Shown: positions 1-10,012, numbered from the stretch's first letter. The stretch is DNA of 42,842 nt from Bacteroidales bacterium (GCA_021647685.1 JAKIUH010000002.1:1-42842); one strand, 5' to 3'. Program-made: numbers and translations. The notes: generated by a model from the letters alone, not told the origin.

Positions 1-154
1 GTTTCATAATTACAAGAGGTTTAAGCTAAAAGTAATAATTGAAATTGATTTAAACTATTTAATCAGGTTTATACTCTCATTATCTGAAATTATTGATTTT
101 AATTCGAAAACTGCACGAAGTCAGTTAATTATATATAATTTTCAATTTTTTTTT

Positions 155-2148
155 TGTAAATTCTTATATTTCCAAGATAGCATTTAACTTTAACGTCTAA
201 TTTGTCGTTTAAACAGCTGATACTACATTTTTTAATTGTAGCAACTAATTTTTCTTTTTCAATAAAACTGCGATATTTTGAATTTCAGGGCTCATATATC
301 CCATAAATTCCGTGCCACCTAACTAATATTAATAATATTTGGGAGAAAATGTGTATTTCATGCAAGTATTGGTACATATACTTATATATGTACTACCTAA
401 CAACACACATGGTATATTTGGTTAAGAAGAAGATAAAGGGTAAAAACTATCTTTACCTAACCAAGAGTGCACGAGTCAAAGGAAAATCAAAGGTTGTATG
501 GCAATTATATTTGGGTCCAGAAGCAAAAATCGAAAACTTAAAAGATAAATTAAGTCAAGAAATCAAAAAAGTAGAATACAAGTCCTATGTTTTTGGACTT
601 CCAAGTATTCTGATGAAGTATGCCCGTAGATTGAAACTGGTTGAAATCATAAATTCGGAGGTCAATAAAAGGGAACAGGGAAGATCAGTAGGTGAGTACC
701 TACTGATCGCCTGTCTAAACCGGTGTATTCAGCCCGTAAGTAAGTCAAATATACGTAACTGGATGGATCAGACATATTTAAAAATTCACTTCACTAAATT
801 TGATACATATCTGGATTCAAATGCCTATACAAACCATTTCAAGTATTTCACCATGGAAAACATTGCAAGAATGGAAAAAAATATCTTACAACAGCTGATT
901 AAGGAGTTCCAGATTGACTTGAAGGATATTTTCTATGATCCAACTAATTATTACACCTATATCAACCCAAAAACTCAACTTCTTCCCAGACATGGAAAGT
1001 CGAAAGAGGGAAGAAATATACTGAATATTGTTGGGCTTTCTATCTTTTGCAGTAGTGATGGTGGAGTTCCGATACTTCACCAAACTTATCCTGGAAATAT
1101 TATGGACGCAACTTTATTCAAGACAGAGTTCCCTCGCTTTGTTGATATTCTCAAGACCTTGGATGTTGATAGTTCAAGGATCACCCTGATTTTTGATAAA
1201 GGTAATCTGTCAGATGAGGTTTTCCAGGAGATACAGCAATCAGGAGTTCATTTCATCTGCTCAATAAGACCGTCTACCCAAAAAGAACTTCACCACCTGC
1301 GTGGTGAGGACTTTGAGATATTTACTCTGAAAAATGGGAAAAAGGTAGGTATCAAAGAATTTAGAAGAGAGATCTATGGTGGCAGATACAGTCTCTTTGT
1401 TACTTTTAATCCAAACACCAATCAGTGGAATGGAAGCAACAAAATGAAGAAGATACTGAAAAAAATTGAAGAAGTTGAGGAATATTTTGCTGAGCGATTG
1501 AATGCAAGGAAATGGCGGAATAAGACAAATGTGTTGCAAAAAATAGACAGGATAATTAACATCAAGGACTATCTGAATTACATTTATTTTTCAGTGGAAG
1601 GTAATTATGGAGAGCTCAAATTATCCATATCACTTAATGAAGAGGCAATGAACGAACATCTTAAAACTCTGGGCAAAAGTTATTTTCTGACCAATATCGA
1701 TGATAAAAAGCCAGATGAGATCATCTGGCTTTATCGACAACAATATACTGTTGAGAACGCTTTCAAAATCATCAAGAATGCAAATATTCTCTCCATTAGA
1801 CCGGTTTATCATCATTTAGATAGTTCAATACGTGGACATTCTTTTTCTGTGATTATCGGTTTGATGTTATTGTCTTTAATTCACAGGGATGTAGTTAAAC
1901 AGTTTCCTGACATTAGTTTCCAAAAAATGCTTAGAATGTTATCCGAAATAAGAGTAACGGAAATAAAAATTGGTAATGTAACAAAGTATCAATTGGAAAG
2001 AATGACACCCGAAATCAGAAAATTATCTAACTTTCTAAAACTCAAAGATTTTCTCAAATAGTGTACCCCCTAACTAGTAATAAATATTGCATTTTGAAGC
2101 TATGTACCCATAAATCAATTTTCTAACTTGGAAATACAAGAAATTAAA
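155..2148 (+). mobile_element. IS1634-like (IS4 superfamily) insertion sequence, ~2.0 kb, single transposase ORF
   Basis: Imperfect terminal inverted repeats read by eye: 155-180 tgtaaattcttatatttccaagatag vs the reverse complement of 2123-2148 tttaatttcttgtatttccaagttag (22/26 identical). They enclose one DDE transposase ORF. No convincing target-site duplication was seen, so the exact ends are approximate. Confidence 0.55.
409..2061 (+). CDS. IS1634/IS4-family DDE transposase
   Basis: ORF 349-2061. I prefer the internal ATG at 409 because MVYLVKKKIKGKNYLYLTKSARVKGKSKVVWQLYLG looks like the basic N-terminus typical of IS1634-type transposases. DDE-type landmarks are FYDPTNYYTY, LIFDKGNLSDE and the C-terminal YRQQYTVENAFKIIKN (IS4-superfamily Y-R-E-K-like signature). 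Confidence 0.8.
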   Translation: MVYLVKKKIKGKNYLYLTKSARVKGKSKVVWQLYLGPEAKIENLKDKLSQEIKKVEYKSYVFGLPSILMKYARRLKLVEIINSEVNKREQGRSVGEYLLIACLNRCIQPVSKSNIRNWMDQTYLKIHFTKFDTYLDSNAYTNHFKYFTMENIARMEKNILQQLIKEFQIDLKDIFYDPTNYYTYINPKTQLLPRHGKSKEGRNILNIVGLSIFCSSDGGVPILHQTYPGNIMDATLFKTEFPRFVDILKTLDVDSSRITLIFDKGNLSDEVFQEIQQSGVHFICSIRPSTQKELHHLRGEDFEIFTLKNGKKVGIKEFRREIYGGRYSLFVTFNPNTNQWNGSNKMKKILKKIEEVEEYFAERLNARKWRNKTNVLQKIDRIINIKDYLNYIYFSVEGNYGELKLSISLNEEAMNEHLKTLGKSYFLTNIDDKKPDEIIWLYRQQYTVENAFKIIKNANILSIRPVYHHLDSSIRGHSFSVIIGLMLLSLIHRDVVKQFPDISFQKMLRMLSEIRVTEIKIGNVTKYQLERMTPEIRKLSNFLKLKDFLK

Positions 2149-2306
2149 TACTAACGAAAAATAAAAATATGCATTGATAAAACAATTTATGTTTCCGAAA
2201 TACAAATTAATAATATTCGGCATCATGAACAATATAGGATTAAATTATAGGCAAATATCTAGGATAAATTATATAAACAAATTATAAATAATATCTATTT
2301 GATTAA

Positions 2307-2795
2307 ATGTTCACAAACTTTTTTAAAAATTCTTCAATTAAAAATAAAATTATGATTCCAATGATAATATTGGGTTTATTTCCAATGATAGCCCTTGGTA
2401 GTACTCTTATGGTAAATGATGTAAAAGCCAATGATATTGCAATAAATGAAAAAACCGGTGAGGTTTTTATTGGTACACCGCTTGGAGTAATTTCATACAA
2501 AGGGACAGCTACCGAAGGAAATAAAAACTATACAGATGCCTATGTGTATCCTAATCCTGTTCGGGAAAATTATCAGGGAAAAATTACCATTACCGGTTTG
2601 GCAGCTAATGTAAACGTTAAAATAACCGATATTAGCGGTCGATTGGTATATGAAACACGTGCATTTGGCGGACAGGCAATATGGAACGGAAAAACTTTTT
2701 CGGGCGAACGTGTAAAAACCGGTGTTTACTTGATTTTTTGCACAGATGATGCAGGTGAATATAAAAAAGTTTTAAAATTGTTGTTTATTAATTGA
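2307..2795 (+). CDS. T9SS (Por) C-terminal sorting domain protein, probably a 5'-truncated remnant of a propeller-type cargo gene
   Basis: The C-terminal ~85 aa ([38 protein letters not shown]...[24 protein letters not shown]) fit the type-A T9SS CTD pattern. The preceding [25 protein letters not shown] resembles a single blade of a two-component-regulator-propeller repeat. At 162 aa it is far shorter than usual propeller+CTD cargo, and it begins ~160 bp from the IS right end. Alternative start ATG at 2352. Confidence 0.55.
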   Translation: MFTNFFKNSSIKNKIMIPMIILGLFPMIALGSTLMVNDVKANDIAINEKTGEVFIGTPLGVISYKGTATEGNKNYTDAYVYPNPVRENYQGKITITGLAANVNVKITDISGRLVYETRAFGGQAIWNGKTFSGERVKTGVYLIFCTDDAGEYKKVLKLLFIN

Positions 2796-2796
2796 C

Positions 2797-3531
2797 ATGA
2801 CCCTTATTACCCAAAAAACAAGAGGAATAGTTTTACAACAAATAAAATATTCCGACAGTCAAATTATCGCACATATATATACAGAGCATTTTGGCAGACA
2901 AGCTTTTATGTTTCGTAAAGCGAAAAGCAAAAAATCGGGTAATAGCTTAAACATGTTGCAACCGCTTTTTTTACTTGAAATTGAAGCACAAATTAAAGAT
3001 AAAAGGCAAATTCAAAGAGCAAGAGAATTTAGAAATTACCCACACTTTAATGAACTTCCGTTTAATATTTTTAAAAGTACCATTGCTATTTTTTTAGCAG
3101 AAATACTTGCGCGTGTTTTAAAAGAAGAAGAAGCTAATTTTGAACTGTTTAATTTTTTACACCATGCTATTCTTCTGTTAGATACAGAACAAGAACATTT
3201 TGTAAATTTCCACCTGTTGTTTTTATATGAACTAAGCAAATATCTTGGTTTTTACCCTGAACATGAGTTTTCGCAAAGAGGTACATATTTTAATATTGCC
3301 GAAGGTGCTTATACAGAACATCAAAATCTGAAATTTGTTTTAAACAAAAAAGAAAGCTTGCTCCTTTCACAACTATCAGGCAAAGGGTTTCATCAATTAC
3401 ACGAAATTAAACTATCTCGTATTCAGCGACATGATTTATTGGATATACTAATCCAATATTATAATTATCACCTCCCGGAAATGGGCAAAGTAAAATCTTT
3501 GGATGTATTAAAACAAATTTTTTCAGGATAA
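2797..3531 (+). CDS. recO: DNA repair protein RecO
   Basis: 244 aa, the typical RecO size. N-terminal OB-fold-like TRGIVLQQIKYSDSQIIAHIYTEHFGRQAFMF pattern. Starts 2 bp after the upstream stop. Confidence 0.8.
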   Translation: MTLITQKTRGIVLQQIKYSDSQIIAHIYTEHFGRQAFMFRKAKSKKSGNSLNMLQPLFLLEIEAQIKDKRQIQRAREFRNYPHFNELPFNIFKSTIAIFLAEILARVLKEEEANFELFNFLHHAILLLDTEQEHFVNFHLLFLYELSKYLGFYPEHEFSQRGTYFNIAEGAYTEHQNLKFVLNKKESLLLSQLSGKGFHQLHEIKLSRIQRHDLLDILIQYYNYHLPEMGKVKSLDVLKQIFSG

Positions 3532-3544
3532 ATAAAAAATAAAT

Positions 3545-3745
3545 CTATTCCTTATCTTTCCCCCTTCCCGAATAAAGTTTTTTTGCAGCATATCCAATAC
3601 CGGCAGCCAATAAAAAACCTAAACCACCATCAATAGGAATTGGAACCGGGTCCGGTGGAGGCGGCTGGGCAATAGCAGTTTGAACAAAAGCAGGAGCCAA
3701 AATAAATATAATAATAAAAGTAAGTATCGTTAAAAACTTTTTCAT
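3545..3745 (-). CDS. 66-aa secreted mini-protein made of a signal peptide plus a PEP-CTERM-like (P-I-D type) sorting tail
   Basis: MKKFLTILTFIIIFILAPAFVQTAIA signal peptide, then QPPPPDPVPIPIDGG, a Gly/Ala-rich hydrophobic helix LGFLLAAGIGYAA, and a basic cluster KK..R.K.K. This is the tripartite motif/TM/basic architecture of exosortase-class C-terminal sorting signals. Confidence 0.6.
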   Translation of the reverse strand: MKKFLTILTFIIIFILAPAFVQTAIAQPPPPDPVPIPIDGGLGFLLAAGIGYAAKKLYSGRGKDKE

Positions 3746-4286
3746 CTAAAAATTCTTTTTCACAAAATTATATTAAAGTTTACTAAAAAAATACAAATAC
3801 TGTACCTAAGTTTTAGTTTACTTAATTATACGTTAAATCAATAAAAATGTTTCATTGAGTGATTTATTGAAATAGACTGCTAAACCCCTTTGAATGTTGC
3901 CTTATAGTTTCAAATAATTAAACGGCGAAACTATACAATAAGTACGAAATAGCTATTTTTTTACATGAACACTTAATTTTTTTTGACGAATAGAAGTGTT
4001 TTTTTAGTGATCTAAATCTTATTTGCTTGCTTTTGATAATATTTATTAATAATATTTGCATATAGCATTTATTTAATATCTGAATTTAGAATTACAGTTT
4101 CTGATTAAAGTATTTATATTCAAGATATTTAAATTGTTACATACACATATAAAAACATCTTATAAGCGGTAAGTTATAAAATAACAACAAATTATTATTA
4201 AGCATACTTAGAATTACTTCAAACAACATTTTTATAAGTTTCTTCTTTTTTTGTGATTTTTGCAATTAAATGATAATTAGATTCTA

Positions 4287-5024
4287 ATGATTATACACCT
4301 TAGTGAAACAGAATTATTAAAAGCACAAATTAGTTTTCAACCACCTACACAAATGTCAAGTAGGTATTTAATAGAAAGAGAAAATGTTTGGAGTGAACAT
4401 ATCCGTAAAGCATATAAATCAGGTAAAAATATTTGGAACGGTATAATTTATACAATAAATGATTGGATTCAGATAGATGAAGAAAATTTGTTAATAAAGT
4501 TAAGTTCTTGTGAATTTAAAGATATTGTATTTCGTAATTACAAAGGTGTTACTTATGTATTAAACAACTATGGTATTGATAGTATGTCAAAATTCATTAC
4601 TCTTGATTGCATTCCGGTAACAAACGATGGTAAATATGTCTTTGGTATAAGAGGAAATACTACGAACGTGAAAAATGGAAGTATCGGTTTAATTGGTGGT
4701 ACTGCCAATAAAGATGAAATGGAAATAACATCAACTGTTGATTTTAAAAAATTTATGATTAAAGAAATTGAAGAAGAAACACAAATAACGGTTAATGAAC
4801 ACAATCTCTCTTTATTTTCAATTAACCAATTTAACGGGAAATTTGAATTTTTATATAAATTAGTATTAAATTTAAACAGTTGTGAAATTGATAAAATATT
4901 TAGAAAAGGTGAGTTTGTAGATATTTTATGTTTATCTGAACAAGAAGTTTTTAATTATAAAGGGAAAACTCTTGATGCATTTCGCTATTCAAAATTGTAT
5001 ATTAATAGTTTAAATAGAAAATAA
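4287..5024 (+). CDS. Nudix-fold hydrolase-like protein with atypical (expanded) Nudix box
   Basis: GGTANKDE...KEIEEETQI approximates the Nudix box GX5EX7REUXEEXGU. G-x5-E is present and the glutamates of the RE-U-x-EE part are retained (KEIEEE), but the spacer is ~14 instead of 7 residues, with R->K and G->Q changes. It is an isolated ORF flanked by 540 and 427 bp of AT-rich non-coding DNA. Confidence 0.4.
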   Translation: MIIHLSETELLKAQISFQPPTQMSSRYLIERENVWSEHIRKAYKSGKNIWNGIIYTINDWIQIDEENLLIKLSSCEFKDIVFRNYKGVTYVLNNYGIDSMSKFITLDCIPVTNDGKYVFGIRGNTTNVKNGSIGLIGGTANKDEMEITSTVDFKKFMIKEIEEETQITVNEHNLSLFSINQFNGKFEFLYKLVLNLNSCEIDKIFRKGEFVDILCLSEQEVFNYKGKTLDAFRYSKLYINSLNRK

Positions 5025-5451
5025 TTTGTCATTCATAGAACAGGAATTAAAGGTAAACTAAATCTGATTTTTTTGTCTCATAAAATAACTACTCTTTAAA
5101 TAAGCAAACTATTTGTACAGACAGAACTTTCATGTCATTTTACCCTTACTGAAATTTATTAGGTATATGTAAGTGTCATTTATTGTAAGCATACCAAGTA
5201 AGCCTTTAAAAAATGACAAAATCCTTTAAACTTCCAATGGTTTGTTATTTCCCAAAATGATAATCACTAAATTTAAGGATTATCTGCTTTTTTCACACCC
5301 AAATCACCTAATTTCTAAATTCACCGCTTTATCAATTAAATAAAGCTTTACATATAATAAAGCATTTGTTTCATCAAGTTACAGATACATGCTGCAACTT
5401 TTTAGCATAATTTTAAGGTCTTAAATTTATTAATCACTAATTTTTATAACC

Positions 5452-5964
5452 ATGAAGAAAATTATTTTATTGTTTTCTCTCTTATTGATTTTTAATCACT
5501 TGTCGTTTGCACAAGATGATGAGTTCAATATTGGAGCGAGTTCTTCTGAGAGACTAATCCATATTGCATATAGTCCCAGTACGAGTGCAATTTTTGGATT
5601 ACATGCCGGCTGGATGGGAAACAATGGCGGCGTACTCTCCGACGGAAGTATTATTGATGCAGGCGGTTTGTATGTTGCAGGCAGGTATAACAGCCGCGAC
5701 ATACTGAACTTAGACTTTTGGTCTGCAACACTCGGTGTTACACTTCAATTAACTGAGTTTGCTCATGTTTATTTAGGTGGTGGATACGGAAAATATGTAT
5801 ATCCGTATAATGAACCCACTATTTTACCTGACCTTGAAATTAAAGGTGTGGATTTAGAAGCCGGATTTATCATTAAAGCAGGTGCTTTTACTTTTCATGC
5901 AGGTATTTCAGATTTGGACTTCCAACAATTAGATTTAGTGGGCGGTATTGGTTACACCTTTTAA
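5452..5964 (+). CDS. small outer-membrane beta-barrel protein (170 aa)
   Basis: Signal peptide MKKIILLFSLLLIFNHLSFAQ, Gly/aromatic-rich alternating strands, and a C-terminal GGIGYTF ending in Phe, as in small OM beta-barrels. Confidence 0.6.
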   Translation: MKKIILLFSLLLIFNHLSFAQDDEFNIGASSSERLIHIAYSPSTSAIFGLHAGWMGNNGGVLSDGSIIDAGGLYVAGRYNSRDILNLDFWSATLGVTLQLTEFAHVYLGGGYGKYVYPYNEPTILPDLEIKGVDLEAGFIIKAGAFTFHAGISDLDFQQLDLVGGIGYTF

Positions 5965-6000
5965 ACATTTATTAAAATTAAAAACTTAAAATTTAAAAAA

Positions 6001-7749
6001 ATGAAAAACAAGAACATTTTTAAATTATTAACAGCTGCTATTCTTGCAGCAATGATTTCTTTGGCAGGATGCCAAAAAATGGAAATTGTTAAAATAGTAG
6101 GATTTATTCAAGGACACGTTTTTGATGGAAACACAAATGCTCCTTTAGACAGTGTTAAAGTAGTTTGGTCGGTTGCCGGTGTTAAAGATTCTATTACAGC
6201 AACTGCTGATGATGGTTTCTTAATTAAAAATTTACCGGAAGGAGAGTATAGCATTTGGTGCTCAAAAACAGGATACACTACAATAGTATATGATGTAAGT
6301 ATTCAGAATAGCAATTCAAGTTTAGCTACTGTTCGTGGAGGTGAAAATATAGAACAAATTGTAACTTTAAATCCAAACTTATATTCGCTAACGGGTGGTG
6401 TAAAAGGAAGGATTTACCGAAACGAAAATGGTGTAAATATTCCGGTTTCAGGAGCAACTGTTGTGTTAGATTATAACACAACTTCACAAGAAGCACAAGA
6501 ATATTACCGTTTTGTTCCCAACTTATACCAAACAACAACCGATGCAGATGGATACTTTAGTTTCACTAATGTACCGGCTACTCAAGTAAATTTGCGCGTT
6601 CCTTCATATACCGATGTCAATGGAGAAACCTACTCAACTTATAGTGATTATTTTTCTTTAGATGCTGAGAATAATTTGTCTAAAGGAACTATTTTAATTT
6701 ACCGTCAAAGTGATCCTATCCGTTTAATAAATTCAAATGCATGGTCAGCAACAAACGTAGGAACTGATAATTTTGTTGTGAGCGATAATATCACCCTTAC
6801 TTTTAACAAAGATGTTGATGAAACGGTTACAATGAATAAAAGCGGCGGAGTTTGGTTATACGATAATAGCGGACAAATAGTGGATATATCAGTAACTTAT
6901 ACTGATAATGTGATTACTGTTGATCCAAACGAAGACCTTATTCCCGGCAAGCAATACAATATTAACTGGAATGTCTATTCATCATCGGAGTATGATAATA
7001 TAGGTGACAACTTTTATTTTAGGACAGAAGACAATTCAGTAGTTCCTGTTGCAGTAAGTAACCTTGCAGTTTATTATGATTATATGGGTACCGGCTGGGT
7101 AGCTGATTATAATACGCAAGGAATTTACTTTAGTTTTGATATAGTTTCAAATGCCGATTATTATGAGGTATTTGTAAAAGATACCTACAATAATACAGAA
7201 TACGTAAAAATTGCAAACTTTAATCAGTTCGATTACCAACAAGGAAAATATATAGCATGGATCTACTTACCCTCTCGATTTGATTATTTCTTAGACGATG
7301 GTGTTGTAACTCCGTTCAGCTACGGAACAATTGTTTCGTACAAAGTACGTGCGGTGAATACTGCCGGTGCCGGTGATTTCTCTAATGTAGTAACCGTTAA
7401 AGACGAAACAGCATTTAACAGTGGAGACTTGAATATCTATAATCAAGATGTTTCAGCAAATAATTCTGCTGGTACTTCTGATTTAACGGTAAGCTTTGAG
7501 TTTGGTATTTCTTCAGGGCAATATGCCGATGTATCACATACTCCTACTGTTAAGTTATATAACGGAGCTACTGAAATAACTCCATTAACTACAACCTTCA
7601 CATGGGATACTCATCAACATGCTACAATTACTTTAATTGTACCGGCAGGACAAGATTACAGCACTTTCCAATTGCGTGTTTACGATGTAAATGACAGTAG
7701 CGGAAATGTTATGGATCCAACTGATTATGAAGCACAGACTTTAAATTAA
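6001..7749 (+). CDS. surface lipoprotein with CarboxypepD_reg-like, Ig-like and FN3-like domains
   Basis: Lipobox LAGC. CarboxypepD_reg-like segments (GHVFDGNTNAPLDSVKV...GEYSIWCSKTGY; GRIYRNENGVNIPVSGATVVL...DADGYFSFTNVP) and FN3-like YKVRAVNTAGAGDFSNVVTV. It lies 36 bp after the upstream barrel gene, so it is likely co-transcribed. Confidence 0.65.
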   Translation: MKNKNIFKLLTAAILAAMISLAGCQKMEIVKIVGFIQGHVFDGNTNAPLDSVKVVWSVAGVKDSITATADDGFLIKNLPEGEYSIWCSKTGYTTIVYDVSIQNSNSSLATVRGGENIEQIVTLNPNLYSLTGGVKGRIYRNENGVNIPVSGATVVLDYNTTSQEAQEYYRFVPNLYQTTTDADGYFSFTNVPATQVNLRVPSYTDVNGETYSTYSDYFSLDAENNLSKGTILIYRQSDPIRLINSNAWSATNVGTDNFVVSDNITLTFNKDVDETVTMNKSGGVWLYDNSGQIVDISVTYTDNVITVDPNEDLIPGKQYNINWNVYSSSEYDNIGDNFYFRTEDNSVVPVAVSNLAVYYDYMGTGWVADYNTQGIYFSFDIVSNADYYEVFVKDTYNNTEYVKIANFNQFDYQQGKYIAWIYLPSRFDYFLDDGVVTPFSYGTIVSYKVRAVNTAGAGDFSNVVTVKDETAFNSGDLNIYNQDVSANNSAGTSDLTVSFEFGISSGQYADVSHTPTVKLYNGATEITPLTTTFTWDTHQHATITLIVPAGQDYSTFQLRVYDVNDSSGNVMDPTDYEAQTLN

Positions 7750-7773
7750 TTTCTCGTATTGATTTGTTTTAAA

Positions 7774-7803
7774 AGCCATCTCTTTAAGATGGCTTTTTTT
7801 GTT
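7774..7803 (+). terminator. rho-independent terminator after the lipoprotein gene
   Basis: Stem agccatct / agatggct (8 bp, loop cttta) followed by a T-run (7794-7803). Confidence 0.75.
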
Positions 7804-7839
7804 TTGAACGGCTGTTAATTAAAAGTCAAAAAAATAATG

Positions 7840-7847
7840 TAAATTTG
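7840..7847 (+). promoter_or_regulatory. Bacteroidota -7 box (TAnnTTTG) for lepA
   Basis: taaatttg matches TAnnTTTG, 23 bp upstream of the lepA ATG. No well-spaced -33 TTTG was found. Confidence 0.4.
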
Positions 7848-7870
7848 CAAATCAAAACAAATGAATACCT

Positions 7871-9658
7871 ATGGATAAGATTAGAAACTTCTGTATTATC
7901 GCACATATTGACCATGGAAAAAGTACACTCGCAGACCGTTTACTTGAAAAAACGGAAACAATTAGTGAACGTGATTTGCAAGCTCAGGTGCTTGATGATA
8001 TGGATTTGGAGCGTGAGCGGGGAATTACGATAAAAAGTCATGCAATACAAATGAATTATAACTATAAGGGCAATGATTATACACTTAACCTTATAGACAC
8101 TCCCGGACATGTAGATTTTTCTTACGAGGTTTCACGTTCAATAGCTGCCTGCGAAGGTGCTTTACTCATTGTAGATGCAACACAAGGTATTCAGGCACAA
8201 ACTATTTCTAATCTTTATCTGGCAATCGAAAACGATTTGGAAATTATTCCCGTACTGAATAAAATGGATATGCCTTCGGCTATGCCTGATGAAGTTAAAG
8301 ACCAAATAGTTGATTTAATTGGCTGTGAACGTGATGAAATTTTGGAAGCCAGCGGAAAAACGGGTATGGGAGTAGAAACCATTCTTGAACGAATTGTGGA
8401 AGTAGTGCCCCCCCCAAAAGGCGACTCCAAAGCTCCGCTGCAAGCACTTATTTTTGATTCTGTATTTAATTCATATAGAGGCATTATTGCTTATTTTAAA
8501 ATTGTAAATGGGACTTTACGCAAAGGCGACAAAGTAAAATTTGTAAATACCGATAAAGAATATTTTGCCGATGAAATTGGCGTATTGCGTTTAAAGCAAG
8601 AGCCACGTGAGGTAATGCATACCGGTGATGTAGGTTATATTATTTCAGGAATTAAAGCATCAAAAGAGGTTAAGGTAGGAGATACAATTACCCATGTTGA
8701 TAGACCATGTGATGCTGCAATAGAAGGCTTTGAAGAAGTTAAACCTATGGTATTTGCCGGTGTTTACCCTATTGATGCCGATGATTATGAAGAATTGCGT
8801 TTTGCTATGGAAAAATTGCAATTGAATGATGCTTCCCTAACCTTTGAGCCGGAATCGTCAGTAGCTCTTGGTTTTGGCTTTCGCTGCGGATTTTTGGGAC
8901 TTTTGCACATGGAAATTATTCAGGAACGCCTGGACAGAGAGTTTGATATGAACGTAATTACTACTGTACCAAACGTTTCGTATAAAGTAACTACTACAAA
9001 AGGTGAACTAATTGAAGTACATAATCCCGCCGGTTTACCCGATGTTAAATATCTGAAAACCATTGAAGAACCTTTTATTGTTGCTCAAATTATCACAAAA
9101 TCAGAATATATAGGATCAATAATGACCCTTTGCCTTGAAAAGCGCGGTGAACTGCAAAAACAACATTATTTAACATCAGAAAGAGTAGAACTTACATTTG
9201 AAATGCCTTTAAGTGAAATTGTATTTGATTTTTACGATAAACTCAAAAGTATATCAAAAGGTTATGCATCTTTTGATTATCATCAATCGGGCTATAGACC
9301 GGCAAAATTAGTAAAGCTTGATATCTTACTTAATGGAGAAAAAGTAGATGCTTTATCTACATTAATTCATCAAGATAATGCCTATAGTTTTGGTAAACGC
9401 ATGTGCGAAAAACTAAAAGAATTAATTCCGCGTCAGCAATTCGATATTGCCATACAAGCAGCCATTGGTGCTAAAATTATATCACGACAAACAGTAAAAG
9501 CAGTTCGTAAAGATGTTACAGCCAAATGTTACGGTGGTGATATTACGCGTAAGCGTAAATTGCTCGAAAAACAGAAAAAAGGGAAAAAGCGTATGAAACA
9601 GGTAGGTAATGTTGAAGTTCCTCAAAAAGCATTTTTGGCTGTTTTAAAATTGGATTAA
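7871..9658 (+). CDS. lepA: translation elongation factor 4 (LepA)
   Basis: [26 protein letters not shown]1 motif, [12 protein letters not shown], the LepA-specific C-terminal domain and a typical 595-aa length. Confidence 0.97.
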   Translation: MDKIRNFCIIAHIDHGKSTLADRLLEKTETISERDLQAQVLDDMDLERERGITIKSHAIQMNYNYKGNDYTLNLIDTPGHVDFSYEVSRSIAACEGALLIVDATQGIQAQTISNLYLAIENDLEIIPVLNKMDMPSAMPDEVKDQIVDLIGCERDEILEASGKTGMGVETILERIVEVVPPPKGDSKAPLQALIFDSVFNSYRGIIAYFKIVNGTLRKGDKVKFVNTDKEYFADEIGVLRLKQEPREVMHTGDVGYIISGIKASKEVKVGDTITHVDRPCDAAIEGFEEVKPMVFAGVYPIDADDYEELRFAMEKLQLNDASLTFEPESSVALGFGFRCGFLGLLHMEIIQERLDREFDMNVITTVPNVSYKVTTTKGELIEVHNPAGLPDVKYLKTIEEPFIVAQIITKSEYIGSIMTLCLEKRGELQKQHYLTSERVELTFEMPLSEIVFDFYDKLKSISKGYASFDYHQSGYRPAKLVKLDILLNGEKVDALSTLIHQDNAYSFGKRMCEKLKELIPRQQFDIAIQAAIGAKIISRQTVKAVRKDVTAKCYGGDITRKRKLLEKQKKGKKRMKQVGNVEVPQKAFLAVLKLD

Positions 9659-10012
9659 AAAGCAATAGCTTATAAGTTCAAATATAAAAGACTTATCACC
9701 TTAAATTCACAAATAAAAACAGGCTTATTATATCGAATTAACGAGTTGGTAATTAACAGGTAAGTGATTAATTCAGGTTTCACAATTGTCAAAGTAAAAT
9801 AAACTTAATTATTAATGACTTAACTTTCGCAAGTTCTCTATCCGGCTTGCAATAAGGTATTAAAATTTATTATTTTGATAACTTTTGATTATTATTGATT
9901 AAATTTTCTGCAAATAAACCTATTTCTATTTCAAATAATTCAGACTTTGTACTAAATTTTCCCTTAATAATTTCTCAAATACAGGCTGAAAGCCTTATTT
10001 ATTTTATCAAAA

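Noticed and set aside
1-7. Possible start (cat at 5-7, which is ATG on the minus strand) of a gene running off the left edge.
   Set aside because: Only two codons are visible, so it cannot be supported.
7845-8033. 62-aa ORF overlapping the start of lepA in another frame, and the 63-aa ORF 14118-14309 overlapping the c-heme lipoprotein gene start on the opposite strand.
   Set aside because: Both overlap strongly supported genes, and neither has motifs or plausible signals.
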